From positions 640,001 to 704,000 of the forward strand of contig OZ244252.1 of the NCBI GenBank assembly GCA_965217185.1: a DNA stretch of 64,000 nucleotides, written 5' to 3'. Positions 1-10,900 of the stretch are shown here, piece by piece. The stretch is from an uncultured Candidatus Entotheonella sp. GTDB lineage: Bacteria > Tectomicrobia > Entotheonellia > Entotheonellales > Entotheonellaceae. The notes below the pieces were generated by a model. That model searched no databases. It was given only the letters and a program-made list of their open reading frames with translations, and was not told the origin of the DNA. Within the stretch, counting starts at the first letter, position 1. Every line of letters starts with the position of its first letter. Position numbers and translations under genes: made by a program.

Positions 1-24
1 AACGATTTCATCGGCGGGATTCAT
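1..24 (-). CDS. 5' end of a gene running off the window (MNPADEIV...)
   Basis: ATG at 24 preceded by GGAGAGG RBS-like sequence, just downstream of the LLM gene. Confidence 0.4.
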
Positions 25-44
25 GCCTGGACCCTCTCCGCGTC

Positions 45-881
45 TCATCCATGCCGCCGAACCAACTCGGCGCGTTGCTCCAAGAGCGGCAGCACCTCGT
101 CACGCGGCGCCGGCGGCAGGTGAAACAGCAGGCGTTCCACACCGGCCTCGGCGTAGGCGTCGATCACTTCCGGCTTGGGTGCGGCGCCGAAGATGGTGAC
201 AGGGATGTCCGCACGCCCGGCTGCGGCCGCCAGACGGTTGAGTTCGTCAATGCGGGCCTTGAAATCGGCGCGCCGGCCGATGGGCATCCAGCCGTCGCCG
301 TAGCGCACGACGCGTTGCAGGGTGTTGGCGCCGTCGCCGCCAATAATGACGGGCGGATGGGGCTTCTGGATGGGCTTGGGCCATTGCCAGATGGGGTCGA
401 AATCGACGAACTCGCCGTGGTATTCGGCGGCGTCCTCGGTCCATATCTGTTGCATGGCTTCGATGCGCTCGCGCAGCACCTTCCAGCGGCGGGTGGGGTC
501 GGTGCCGTGGTTTTCCATCTCTTCGCGGTTCCAGCCGCCGCCGATGCCGAAGAGGACGCGGCCGCCGGAGATGAAGTCGAGACTGGCGACTTCCTTGGCA
601 AGCATGATGGGGTCACGCTCGATGACCAGGCAAATGCCGGTGCCGAGCATAAGCCGCTCGGTGGCAGCGGCTACGGCGCCCAGGGCGACGAACGGATCGA
701 GCGTGTGGGAATACTCCTTGGGAAGCTCGCCGCCGCCGGGGAAGGGGCTGCGGCGGCTGGTCGGGATGTGGGTGTGCTCGGGAACGAACAGCGACTCAAA
801 GCCGTGTCCTTCAACCGCGCGTCCCAGGGACACCGGATCGATCGCGTAATCGGTGGGAAACATATAAACGCCAAACTTCAT
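45..881 (-). CDS. LLM-class (probably F420-dependent) oxidoreductase
   Basis: MKFGVYMFPTD start; GFESLFVPEH, LDPFVALGAVAAAT, GIGGGWNREE and WPKPIQKPHPP motifs. Confidence 0.9.
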   Translation of the reverse strand: MKFGVYMFPTDYAIDPVSLGRAVEGHGFESLFVPEHTHIPTSRRSPFPGGGELPKEYSHTLDPFVALGAVAAATERLMLGTGICLVIERDPIMLAKEVASLDFISGGRVLFGIGGGWNREEMENHGTDPTRRWKVLRERIEAMQQIWTEDAAEYHGEFVDFDPIWQWPKPIQKPHPPVIIGGDGANTLQRVVRYGDGWMPIGRRADFKARIDELNRLAAAAGRADIPVTIFGAAPKPEVIDAYAEAGVERLLFHLPPAPRDEVLPLLEQRAELVRRHG

Positions 882-990
882 GAATTCGTTCTCCTAAGTC
901 GTGTGTTGACGCGCGGTTGCGACGGCATAAGGGCCGGTGAATCCGACGCGCAAGTTTACGGCAGGCGCCTCGCGGGACGCAACGGCGGGG

Positions 991-1019
991 TTGCCAACGT
1001 TCGGCGTGGTGGCTAGAAT
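991..1019 (+). promoter_or_regulatory. Putative sigma70 promoter of ABC operon 1
   Basis: TTGCCA-17 nt-TAGAAT upstream of AAGGAG RBS. Confidence 0.5.
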
Positions 1020-1094
1020 ACAGCCTGTTTTGCCACATCACATCGTTGTGCCATTCCAAAACAATAATTGTCTAGCCCGAATAAGGAGCGGTGA

Positions 1095-2051
1095 TTGATT
1101 ACCGTCAGGGACCTTTCCATGCGTTACGGTTCGGTGGTGGCGTTGCGCAACGCGACGTTTGCCGTGCAGCGTGGTGAAGTCGTCGGACTGCTGGGGCCGA
1201 ACGGCGCCGGGAAGTCGACGACCATGAAAATCCTCACCACCTACCTCTATCCCACTTCGGGCAGCGCCGTGGTGGGCGACAAGGACGTGCTCACTTCCCC
1301 ATTGGAAGTCCGGCAACTTATTGGCTACCTCCCCGAAACCTTACCGCTTTACCCCAACGCCGACGTGCACACGTATCTTCAGTTTGTGGGCAAGGCGCGC
1401 GGTTTGCAGGGCGCCTTGCTGCGCGAGCGCACGGACTGGGTGGTGCAGCGCTGCGGCCTGGCGCCCATGTACGGTAAGCTGATCCGCGAACTGTCCAAGG
1501 GCTACCGGCAGCGCGTCGGGCTGGCGCAGGCGCTGATTCACGACCCGCAGGTGATCATGCTCGACGAGCCGACGTCCGGTCTCGATCCGCACCAGATTAT
1601 CGAGATTCGCCACCTGATTCGCCGCTTAGCTCGGGACAAGACCGTGTTGCTCTCCACCCACATCCTACAAGAAGTGGAGGCAGTGGCGGACCGCATTGTC
1701 ATCATTAACAACGGCCTCATCGTAGGCGACGGCACACCGCAGGAATTGAACCAGCGGGCGCAACAGCGGCAGCGGCTGCAACTGGCGGTGAGCGCGGCGC
1801 GTGCGGAGGTGGAGGCGGCGCTGAACCAACTGCCGGACGTCGGGCAGGTGCGGCACGACGAAGTGGCGGACGGCTTCGAGCACTTCACGGTGGACGCGGC
1901 GCACGGCGTGCAATTGTGGCAGCAGGTGAGCGAACTGGTACGCGCCAGGGGCTGGCAGGTGGGGATACTGGCGCCGCAGGTTGGCACCCTGGAAGAGACC
2001 TTTCTGGCCCTGACTGCCCCCAAGAACGGCGCTTCGGGACGACAAGGATAA
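1095..2051 (+). CDS. ABC transporter ATP-binding protein (GldA-like)
   Basis: Walker A GPNGAGKST, signature LSKGYRQR, Walker B IMLDEPT, STH switch. Confidence 0.93.
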   Translation: MITVRDLSMRYGSVVALRNATFAVQRGEVVGLLGPNGAGKSTTMKILTTYLYPTSGSAVVGDKDVLTSPLEVRQLIGYLPETLPLYPNADVHTYLQFVGKARGLQGALLRERTDWVVQRCGLAPMYGKLIRELSKGYRQRVGLAQALIHDPQVIMLDEPTSGLDPHQIIEIRHLIRRLARDKTVLLSTHILQEVEAVADRIVIINNGLIVGDGTPQELNQRAQQRQRLQLAVSAARAEVEAALNQLPDVGQVRHDEVADGFEHFTVDAAHGVQLWQQVSELVRARGWQVGILAPQVGTLEETFLALTAPKNGASGRQG

Positions 2052-2057
2052 GTAACC

Positions 2058-4553
2058 ATGCGGAATCTCGGCACTATTTTTCGTTGGGAATTGGCCTCGT
2101 ATTACCGTTCGGCCATCGGCTACATCTTCATGATCGTCTTCCTGCTGCTCAGCGTTGGGTTGTTCATGACGCCGTTCTTTACGCTGTTGGTTGCCGACAT
2201 GCGCAGCTTCTTTAATACCCTGCCGCTCATCATGTGCATTTTCCTGCCGGCGGTGACCATGCGTATCTGGGCCGAGGAGAGAAAGCAGAATACCTGGGAA
2301 ATGCTGCTGACCTTCCCGATGCGGTCGCACGAGCTGGTGCTGGGGAAATTCTTTGCGGGTTTGGTGTTCTTCGCCATCGCGCTGGCCGGCACCCTGACGA
2401 TTCCGTGGATGCTGGCATCGCTCGGCAATCCCGATTTCGGGCCGATCGCCGGCGCCTACCTGGGCACCATTCTGCTGGGCGCGTTTTTCCTGGCGCTGGG
2501 GCTGTTCATCTCGAGCCTGTGCAGCGACCAGATCGTTGCCTTCGTGGTGACGCTGCTGGCGTGCTTCGCGCTGTTTTTCCTTGGCACGGAGTTCCTGGCG
2601 CGCTACGTGGACAGCGCTTGGCCGGGGTTGGGGGTGTTCCTGGCCGACGTGGTTGGCTTCACGGGGCATTACAACCCGTTCACGCGCGGCATCGTCACCA
2701 TCGGCAACAGTTTGTATTTCGCGATATGGGCGGCGATTTTCCTGTTCCTGAACAGCCTGTTCCTGGAAATTCGCAGCCGTCCGGCGGCGCGCCGTACGTT
2801 CGCCGGCGCGGTGGTGCTGAGCCTGGGCATCGGGCTGGCGTTCAACTGGATTTTTGCCGGCCAGCACATCGGGCGCTTCGACCTGACGGAGGACAAGCTG
2901 TACACGCTCTCCAATGCCTCGGTGAAGATTCTGCGTGATCTGGACGTGCCGGTGCAGGTGAAGCTGTACATCACGCCGAGCGACAAGATGCCGACCGAAA
3001 TGCGCTACCTGGAACGCGACATCCTCGACAAGCTGGAGGAGATGCGGCTGGCCGGCGGCGGCAATCTGGTGATGCGCGCCATCCACATGGAAACGGCCAA
3101 TGTCATCCAGCAACAGGAGCCGGGCGACATGCCGCCGGAGCCCGAGGACGAGGAGGGCGCGGTGGAGAAGCGGCTGCTGAGCAAGGGGGTGCGGCCGTTT
3201 ACGGTGCAGGCGCTGCGCGAGGACGAGGTGATCAACAAACTGGTCTACGCGGCCATCGGAGTGGCCTACAAGAATCAGGATGAGGAAATCATCCCGCGGC
3301 TGCTGCCGAACGATCTGGACAACCTGGAGTACCGGCTGATCAACATCGTTTACAAGATGAGCCGCAAGCAGCAGCCCGTGGTGGCGCTGTTCGCGCCCAA
3401 GCAGGCGGTCAGCATTCCGCCGGAACTCATGGAACTCTACCGGCGCATGAACCGCCCAATCCCGCAGTCGGACGATCCTTACCAGAGCCTGGAGCGCCTG
3501 TTGCAGGTTGAGCGCTACGACGTGCGGCGGCTGGGTACGGATGGCTCGGCGACCATCGCGCCGGAGGTGGACACGGTGGTCGTCATCAACCCGCGCAGCC
3601 TGTCGGACCGGGAGCGCTGGGACTTGAACCGCGCCCTGCACGAGGGCAAATCGGTGTTCCTGGCCGTCCAGAACTACCGCTGGGACTACCACGTGGAGCA
3701 GCAGGTGGTGGCCATGACCCGGCAGGACGAGGACCCGCAGGTGAACGACTGGCTGAGCCATGTCGGGCTGGAGATTGATCCGCAGATTCTCATGGACGTC
3801 AACCACGGGCCGCTGACCATCCGAGGAGGGTCCGATCCGCGGCTGGGCGGCGGCATTACCCTGAACCTGCCGATGCACGTCCTGCTGACGCAGGAGTCGA
3901 TGAACACGGACGTGTCGATTACCAACCGTCTGTCACCGCTGTTTTACCTGTGGGGCAGCGCTCTGAACGTGCGTCCGGAGGTTCTGCAGGAGAACGGGTT
4001 GGAGCACACGGTGTTGCTGACGACGAGTCCGCTGGCGTGGTCGCTGGACCAGGACGTGTCCATGACGCCAGAGAGCCTGCAGCGGCCCAACGTAGAGGGA
4101 CAACGCTTCCCGCTGGCTGTGCTGGCGCGCGGGCAGTTTCCCGACGTGTACGCCGGCGTGGAGCGCCCGGCTTGGGAGCCGCCGCCGGCGCAGCCCGGCG
4201 CCCCGGCGCCGACGCCGCCGGTGGACGAGCCGCTCGGCGATCCGCAGCCGGCGCCCGGCAAGCTGTTGTTGGTGGGCAACGCGCAGATGTTCCACCGCAA
4301 TTTCCTCTCCGGTGGCCACGCGGATTTCTTCCTGAACAGCATCGATGCCCTGACGCTGGGGGATGAATTGGTGAACGTGCGTAGCAAGAAGCGCATTAAC
4401 CGCAGCATCAGCAAGCCCAGCGCGGCGACGCGGCAGTTCTGGCGGGTGTTGAACCTGGGGTTGGTGAATCTGGGCATTGCGGTGGTCGGCATCGGCGGGG
4501 CGGTAATCCGCCGGCGGGCGCGGACGGCCTACACGGCGGCGCAAGCAGCGTAG
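2058..4553 (+). CDS. ABC-2 permease fused to GldG-like auxiliary domain (GldF-GldG type)
   Basis: N-terminal multi-TM region with WAEERKQNTWEMLLT; RFDLTEDKLYTLS motif; C-terminal TM. Confidence 0.88.
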   Translation: MRNLGTIFRWELASYYRSAIGYIFMIVFLLLSVGLFMTPFFTLLVADMRSFFNTLPLIMCIFLPAVTMRIWAEERKQNTWEMLLTFPMRSHELVLGKFFAGLVFFAIALAGTLTIPWMLASLGNPDFGPIAGAYLGTILLGAFFLALGLFISSLCSDQIVAFVVTLLACFALFFLGTEFLARYVDSAWPGLGVFLADVVGFTGHYNPFTRGIVTIGNSLYFAIWAAIFLFLNSLFLEIRSRPAARRTFAGAVVLSLGIGLAFNWIFAGQHIGRFDLTEDKLYTLSNASVKILRDLDVPVQVKLYITPSDKMPTEMRYLERDILDKLEEMRLAGGGNLVMRAIHMETANVIQQQEPGDMPPEPEDEEGAVEKRLLSKGVRPFTVQALREDEVINKLVYAAIGVAYKNQDEEIIPRLLPNDLDNLEYRLINIVYKMSRKQQPVVALFAPKQAVSIPPELMELYRRMNRPIPQSDDPYQSLERLLQVERYDVRRLGTDGSATIAPEVDTVVVINPRSLSDRERWDLNRALHEGKSVFLAVQNYRWDYHVEQQVVAMTRQDEDPQVNDWLSHVGLEIDPQILMDVNHGPLTIRGGSDPRLGGGITLNLPMHVLLTQESMNTDVSITNRLSPLFYLWGSALNVRPEVLQENGLEHTVLLTTSPLAWSLDQDVSMTPESLQRPNVEGQRFPLAVLARGQFPDVYAGVERPAWEPPPAQPGAPAPTPPVDEPLGDPQPAPGKLLLVGNAQMFHRNFLSGGHADFFLNSIDALTLGDELVNVRSKKRINRSISKPSAATRQFWRVLNLGLVNLGIAVVGIGGAVIRRRARTAYTAAQAA

Positions 4554-4613
4554 TAAACCGGGCGCCGGACCGCTGAGCGGACGGCGTCGAACGCGGCGAA
4601 AAGGGATCGTGGA

Positions 4614-6536
4614 ATGAGTGGTAAACGGTTGTTACCCCTGGCGGCAATTCTGGTTGTGCTGGTGATCGTGGCGCTGATGGTAAAACGTCAACCGACGCCG
4701 ACGCGTCTGGTGGACGAGGTAGGTTGGGAACGTCTGGTGCCGGATTCGCTGCGAGCGGCGGCGATCAGCGGCGTGGACCTGTACCAGGGCAATCAGCCGG
4801 ATCAGGTGCTGAGCCTGCGGCGGCAGGGGGATCGCTGGCAGGTGCCGAGCTATTTCAACGCCCCGGTGCGGTCGGAGAGAATCGAGGTGCTGCTGGAGCA
4901 GATCGGTGACCTGGAGGGCGAGTTGCGCGCTGACCGCGCCGAGTTGCTGAGTGAATTCGACCTGGAGGAAGAGCAGGCGCTGCATCTGCGGGTGTATACC
5001 GATGACGATACGGAACCAGCGTTGCACCTGCTGGCGGGCAAGGGTGGTCGGCGAAGTGGTTTCGTGCGCTTGCTGGACGATTCGCGGGTGTACAACGTCG
5101 ATCTCAACCTGCACAGCATGGCCGGGTTGTGGGGCGAGACCCTCGGCAACGCGCCGGAAGCGGAAACGTGGCTGCAACTGCGGATGAACGAAATTCCGAG
5201 TGAGGAGGTCGTGGGCCTGGAACTGGAGTCGCCGCGTGGGCATTTCCGGTTTTCGCGCGTCGAGCCCGAGGACGCCGAAGCTGTGGAAGGCGAGGCGGAA
5301 GCGAAGCGCCTATGGCGTGCTGAGGTGCCGGCTGTTGACTACGAGGTGAACCATCAATTGCTCGATCGCCTCGCGGTGGCTTTGGGCACGCTGCGTGCCG
5401 ATGATATCGTCGATGGCAGCAAAATAGCGGAATACGGACTGGAGGATAGCGTTTACCGGGCCACCCTGACCGTGCAGTCGGGTGACGGAGCGGCGCGCCA
5501 AGTGGCCATGCGGTTCGGTCACGAAATCCCGGGTCCCGAAATGGATGGCGCGCGTTACGGCATTTTGGAGGGGAGCGATACCGTTTACGTGGTGGCCGGC
5601 TGGTCGCTCCGGCAATTCTTCCCCAAGGGCAAGTCGCTACTGAACCTGCCGGGGCTGTACCTGCAAAAGGACGACGTGCAGCAGATTGCCTTGTTCTCTG
5701 CCGACAACACGGTACGGCTGTCGCGCGCTGCCGCTGCTGCCGGGCCGGTTGCGGAAGGGGAGACGGAGGCTTCGCCGGCGCCCTGGGAAATCGACGAGCC
5801 GTCGCTGGGCTTTATGGTGAAACAGGACGGCGTGGAAGCCCTGGCCGAATTCCTGTCGCGCTTCGTGCCCGACGGCATGGCACCGGCGAACGGCGCTACC
5901 GTTCCCGCTGCCGATTCGGTGCCGCGTGTGGAGGTCACCATGCGGGATGCCTCGCGCCATCTGATTCACTTGGCCGCCGAGCCCACCGTGCCGGATGGAC
6001 AGGTCGTGTACGTCAGCGGTCAGGACATACCGTTTGTCATCGAAGACGCCATCCGCGCAGAGTTGTTTCCGGCGCTCGGCGCGTTGATGGACTTGCCCCT
6101 CCTGCCCATCCAGCCCGAGGGCGTTATCGGCCTGACCTGGCAGCAGGCGGATGGCTCCTGGACGCTGGCGCGCCAAGCCGATGCCGAGCCTGACGCCGAA
6201 ACGCCCGCTCCCTGGCAATTTCCCGATGCGCCCGACACGCCCGTGAACGCTCAGGCCGTCACCGAACTCCTTGTTACCACCGCCAGCCTCACCGCCGACG
6301 ACTGGCTCGAGAATCCTCCTGCCACCGCGCTCAACGACCCGCTTCTCGTGGTCACCCTGACCCGCAGCGACGGCGCTCGTGGCCGCATCACCGTCGGCCC
6401 GCCGCTCGCCGATTCTCAAACTCACCTCGTCCGCTTCGAAGGCGCCCCCGGCCTGTTCGTGTTGTCCGCCGACACGTACGGCAAGCTGACCGAAGCCCTT
6501 GGCAAGGTTCGTCCCGACGCGCCTGCGGAGCCGTAG
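4614..6536 (+). CDS. DUF4340-like membrane-anchored protein with repeated domains
   Basis: N-terminal TM anchor, repeated W..P..V/EYGL-type modules, typical position after GldG-like gene. Confidence 0.7.
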   Translation: MSGKRLLPLAAILVVLVIVALMVKRQPTPTRLVDEVGWERLVPDSLRAAAISGVDLYQGNQPDQVLSLRRQGDRWQVPSYFNAPVRSERIEVLLEQIGDLEGELRADRAELLSEFDLEEEQALHLRVYTDDDTEPALHLLAGKGGRRSGFVRLLDDSRVYNVDLNLHSMAGLWGETLGNAPEAETWLQLRMNEIPSEEVVGLELESPRGHFRFSRVEPEDAEAVEGEAEAKRLWRAEVPAVDYEVNHQLLDRLAVALGTLRADDIVDGSKIAEYGLEDSVYRATLTVQSGDGAARQVAMRFGHEIPGPEMDGARYGILEGSDTVYVVAGWSLRQFFPKGKSLLNLPGLYLQKDDVQQIALFSADNTVRLSRAAAAAGPVAEGETEASPAPWEIDEPSLGFMVKQDGVEALAEFLSRFVPDGMAPANGATVPAADSVPRVEVTMRDASRHLIHLAAEPTVPDGQVVYVSGQDIPFVIEDAIRAELFPALGALMDLPLLPIQPEGVIGLTWQQADGSWTLARQADAEPDAETPAPWQFPDAPDTPVNAQAVTELLVTTASLTADDWLENPPATALNDPLLVVTLTRSDGARGRITVGPPLADSQTHLVRFEGAPGLFVLSADTYGKLTEALGKVRPDAPAEP

Positions 6537-6597
6537 TCGGTCTCCTACGTTCCCTTTTTGCATTGGTTCCGAACTGTGTCGTTGTATGCCCAAGGTG

Positions 6598-6768
6598 TCA
6601 TCCTGCGGGATCATCGTCGATGTCCCGTTCTTTGCGAAGCTCATCAACGTACGCTTGCGCATCGACACCTTCCCAAAACTCTTTCCCCAATCCACGGAAC
6701 TCCAGGATGCTTCGCTTTCCGGGCTCCTGTGAAGCGGTGCGCGCCCAGTCGTGAATCGCCGTTTCCAT
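6598..6768 (-). CDS. Orphan antitoxin-like small protein, 56 aa (METAIHDWAR...KRSILEFRGLGKEFWEGVDAQAYVDELRKE...)
   Basis: Own translation (below ORF-track cutoff); purine-rich GGAGAAAG upstream; motif resembles small proteins found before PIN toxins. Confidence 0.55.
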   Translation of the reverse strand: METAIHDWARTASQEPGKRSILEFRGLGKEFWEGVDAQAYVDELRKERDIDDDPAG

Positions 6769-6880
6769 GATCAAATTCTTTCTCCGTACTTATCGAGCCG
6801 TCCCCCTACAGCCTCAAAGGCGACGACCAGGCTATTTAAGCGGCAACGCTTCGCCGTCGACCGTGCTCGGCACACAAAAC

Positions 6881-6910
6881 AAAGGCGGTTCGTTTACACG
6901 AACCGCCTTT
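6881..6910 (-). terminator. Rho-independent terminator closing the island-1 operon
   Basis: Perfect 13-bp stem AAAGGCGGTTCGT/ACGAACCGCCTTT with T-rich tail on minus strand. Confidence 0.7.
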
Positions 6911-6944
6911 CGAACCGTCGTCTGGAAACATCAAGCAGGCTGCA

Positions 6945-7142
6945 TCAGGAGTCTTGGTTGGACTTGCTCGCTTGTGGATGAGGATTCGTCCCCGAGTTGG
7001 CACCCGAGGCTTTTTGCTCATTCGTGAGAAATTTTCGGGAGGCTTTTTGCTCTTCCTTGGAGACTTGACGCCCCAACGGTTTTTCCGAAGCCCCCCGTTT
7101 CTCCTCGACCACGGCTGTGTAGTAGTGTTTGTTCTCCGCCAT
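6945..7142 (-). CDS. Small hydrophilic peptide, 65 aa
   Basis: GGGAGG RBS 9 nt before ATG, 19 nt after the previous stop, followed by terminator. Confidence 0.6.
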   Translation of the reverse strand: MAENKHYYTAVVEEKRGASEKPLGRQVSKEEQKASRKFLTNEQKASGANSGTNPHPQASKSNQDS

Positions 7143-7161
7143 CAGACTTGTCCTCCCGTTC

Positions 7162-7926
7162 TTATCCAGTTGCGAGATGATCGCCAGCGAAATCTATATC
7201 ATGAGCCGTGGTCCTGATCCAACCTCTGGGGCCCGAAGTTCGCCAGAGCCACCCGAGTCGTTTCCGCCTTTCCGCGTCACGCGGATTTGTTCCAGCGGGT
7301 ATCTTGCCCACAACTCGCGTGTTGTAGAAATACGTGGTGATGAGTACAGATTCGACAACGTTTGAAACGATATGTTCAAACGTTGCCGTGGCTTTTTCCC
7401 CCGGTTCGACAATCAGTTCGTCTTTGGCCCATTCGAGTCGTCTCACATTCAATAAGTCCCATTTGAAACTCTCATAAAGGTCTTTATCCATTATCTCGTC
7501 AAATAACCGCTCTGCCGTGTCTCCGGCCACTGGCGCAAGTTGTTCTACGGTGAACAGGCCATCGCGAAATTCCATTTTGACTCGTGAACTGTTGTACAAA
7601 GTCGCGGTTACTTCGATGTGTACGTATCCGTGACCGATCTGGCGGTTCGTCACGTCGTGTGAAATGGTGACATGAGGCTGCTCGTGCCGGAAGATGAAAC
7701 CCCGCCGCCAAGCGAAAATCCCGCCCAGCACAGTAGCGATAATGGTGGCTACCGCCTGCGCGATGCGAGCCCACAGGTATATGTTGCCGGCAACCGACGC
7801 CGAGCCCGGGGTCGCCGCCCCGATCCCTTGCACCTCCGTCAACCCGGCTGAAATGGCGAAGCAGAACCCGGCGGTCGCTACGACCAGCAGCACTATTGCC
7901 AGAGGCGCGTTGATCATTCTGAACAC
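7162..7926 (-). CDS. Hypothetical 2-TM protein with beta-rich soluble domain
   Basis: Two hydrophobic N-terminal segments; starts 3 nt after the methyltransferase stop. Confidence 0.7.
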   Translation of the reverse strand: MFRMINAPLAIVLLVVATAGFCFAISAGLTEVQGIGAATPGSASVAGNIYLWARIAQAVATIIATVLGGIFAWRRGFIFRHEQPHVTISHDVTNRQIGHGYVHIEVTATLYNSSRVKMEFRDGLFTVEQLAPVAGDTAERLFDEIMDKDLYESFKWDLLNVRRLEWAKDELIVEPGEKATATFEHIVSNVVESVLITTYFYNTRVVGKIPAGTNPRDAERRKRLGWLWRTSGPRGWIRTTAHDIDFAGDHLATG

Positions 7927-7929
7927 CTT

Positions 7930-10900
7930 CTATATCGCCCCTTTCACTATCGCGATTTCCTCATCGGTCAGGCCGTAGAGCCTGTACACGAGTTGATCGA
8001 TTTCGGCTTCCAGGGAGGCGGTGTCAGCTGTGGGGTCGGCGCGTTTGGCGGCCAGGATGTCGTTCACGAGACGGATGAACGGGCGCTGCTCTGCAGTGGA
8101 GATTTTGGGGATGGGGATTGTTTCTACATAGACTTTCTTCCAACGCAACGTTCCCAAACCGGAGGTCGGCGCCGTTTTCTGGAGAAACCAGTGGGTCAGC
8201 CTTGCATTTAGAACAGCGCAGAGGAACTTTATGCCCTCGCCCGTCAACATGAATGTTGTGGCTTCGCCATATATCCCGGTATCGTCGTATGTAAAGCGCC
8301 CGTTTTCAACAAGTTCAATCCAGAACAGCTTTTCTTTAGCAAAATTTTCAAGATACTTGTCTGTTGGATTATTGTCTAATTCTAACCAGTGATGTTGTCC
8401 CGCATTATCTTTACCGCCGTATCGACATTGTCCTCTTTTGGCAAGTTTCTCTTTATGATTATGTAAATGTCTGTAAATCGCCGGATAGCGGTTTTCTAAA
8501 TGTGTGTGTGATCCATACTTTGCGATAATCACCCATTTGTCTGCCCAATTTGCTTGATAACGTGCAATATCTTTCCCACGTAAAATAGGTTTAAGAACTT
8601 CTGTACTGCGCGGGTCTTCTTGGATCAGACGGTCACGGGTTTGCGTGTCGATGATGAAGGCGGCATTGCAACCGGTCTTGATGCCATAGTTGATTCTCAC
8701 ATCCCAGTCTTTTAGCGGCGTTCCGATAGCCTGCATTTTATCCATGACGCGATGCCCACCGGGTGACAGGATGCTCCATGGTTTCTCTCCGTCCGGGCGC
8801 ATTTGTCCCCACAGGCTTGCATCGGGCGGGAAGTCCTTGATATCGAGTTGATCCATATCCACCGCAGCAATGACAGGGCTCGCCTTGTCGCTATTGCCTT
8901 CGCGCAACAGCAGGATGCTGGTATCCACGATGGTGTTTTCAAAAATGTTTTTGCCCATTTCCAGCAGATACAACGGAGTTTGCTGCTCGGCAAAGTAGCG
9001 GCGTGTGGCTCCACCGTATTTCGCTTTCAACCAGCTATTGGAGGTGATGTAGGCGAGCAGGCCCTGCTGTGGCTTGAGCAACTGACAACCCTTTTCATAG
9101 AAAAGCTGATAAATATCGCCTCTGCGGACGAATGTTGCGTAACCGGCATCCTGGTAGCGGTTGCCCAGGTCGCCCTCGTTGTTCTGCAACTGGATATACG
9201 GCGGATTCCCGATTACCACGTCAAAACCCTCCCGGCTACCGAACATGTACTCGCCATCGAACCAGTCGGCCTTTGCATTCTGGTCGTACGGGTCCCACTG
9301 CGTGATTTTGTTTGCATCATCCTCAGGAAGCCCGGCGTCATGTAGTACTTCCGACAACTCTCGACGCAAATCCCTATCTTCATCCTTGCACGCCAGCTTT
9401 TCCCGGCGCGTGGTAGCGTGAAAGTGCCGCTCGCGGTTTTCTGCCAGTCTCCCTTTTAAGGTCTCGATCTGTTGACGAAACAAGTCGAGTTGAGTAGCCG
9501 TCTTGAGATGCAACAGCGTATCCGCCGCTACGAAGCGCGTCTCCAGGTTCGGCAGGGGTTTGATGCCGAGGTTCTCCGCTTGTGGGTCTGCTTCTTGCTC
9601 AATCGCCAGAGAGATGAAAAAGCGTAGCTTGGCGATCTGACAGGCGATAGGCTGAATGTCTACACCGAAGATGCTGCTTTGCATGAGGTACAGCTTGCGC
9701 CCGAAGTCAGAGTCGCGGTAACGCTCGAACGTATTGCTGATTTCGGCCAGTTCGGCGTCGCGTTCTTGCTGGGTAGGGGCATCAAAAGCTGCCGCTGCCC
9801 GCTCGGTGGCCCGCGCCTTTTGCAAGGTTTTCCAGAGTTCGTTGTCGCGGTCAAGCCTATTCAGCGCCAGGGTCAGTTTGTGCAGGACGCCCATGGGGAA
9901 GGCACCGGAACCGACCGCTGGGTCCAGCACCTTGAGTTCGGCGATGGCGCAGACCAGTCCTTTGGTTTCGTCTGCGTCGAACAGATCACGGGCGTCGTTG
10001 AACGCAGCCGCATAATCCAACAGATAGCGCAGCCGATCCTGCCAGAACGTCGGGTCGCCGTCGGTCGGCTGGCACTTCTGCGCCAGCGCTACCACCAGCG
10101 CCTCGTCCACCATGTAGTCCACTACTTGGCGCGGCGTGTAGTAGGAGCCGGTCTGCTTGCGGGCGGACTTCCGGGTTTCCGGGTTATAGTCGGCCAGCAG
10201 ATTCTCGAACACCTTGCCCAGAAGTTCCGGGTCTAACGCCACTTCCTGCTCGACCGGCGTGTTCTCCTCCACCGTGAACTTGTATCGGTTGAACAGGGTA
10301 ATCAGGCCTCGCCTAGCGTTGTCTTCATCAAAAAACAGGCGGTTCGGAATAGACAGAATGCGGTAATCCTTGCTTCTGGGATTCGTCACGTTGTCCGTGA
10401 AGCAGTCGATGCGGTAGCCGCCGTCCGTGGTGGCTTCTTCGCTGTCCAGGCAATCGAACAAGCCGCCGTTGATGAACGGCGTGCGGGCGAACAAGGCCAA
10501 CAACTTATCCGGGTCGGCTATCTCCCGTTCGTACCGGTACAACGAAAAATTGCGGTGGGTGACGTTTTGCACTTGGCTGAATCCGCGTTTCTCCATTTCG
10601 GTGTTCAGGGTGGCAAAAAACAGGTTTTGCAGCACGGCACGGTAGTAGGAATCGCCCTTCTCCTGGTCGTAGTCTTTCAGAAGATTATTGACCTGTTCCT
10701 CGACGAACAGATCGCCAGCGACCAATCCCTTCTCTTTCATGAACCAGACGAAGAGCAGGCGGGTGATCAGACGGATCAAGTGTTCTTCCGGAGACAAGGT
10801 TGTGGCCTGGTCGGTGGGGCACGTGGCCTCTTTGACGGCGCGCCCGAACCAGTCGGACAACTCCCGGTAGAACCGTCGATTGAGTTCTTCGGTGTCCAGC

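Noticed and set aside
1665..3878. Long antisense ORFs (737 aa here; also 13323-14891, 33693-35111, 58761-60428, 61961-63427)
   Set aside because: Shadow frames of GC-rich genes with no recognisable motifs
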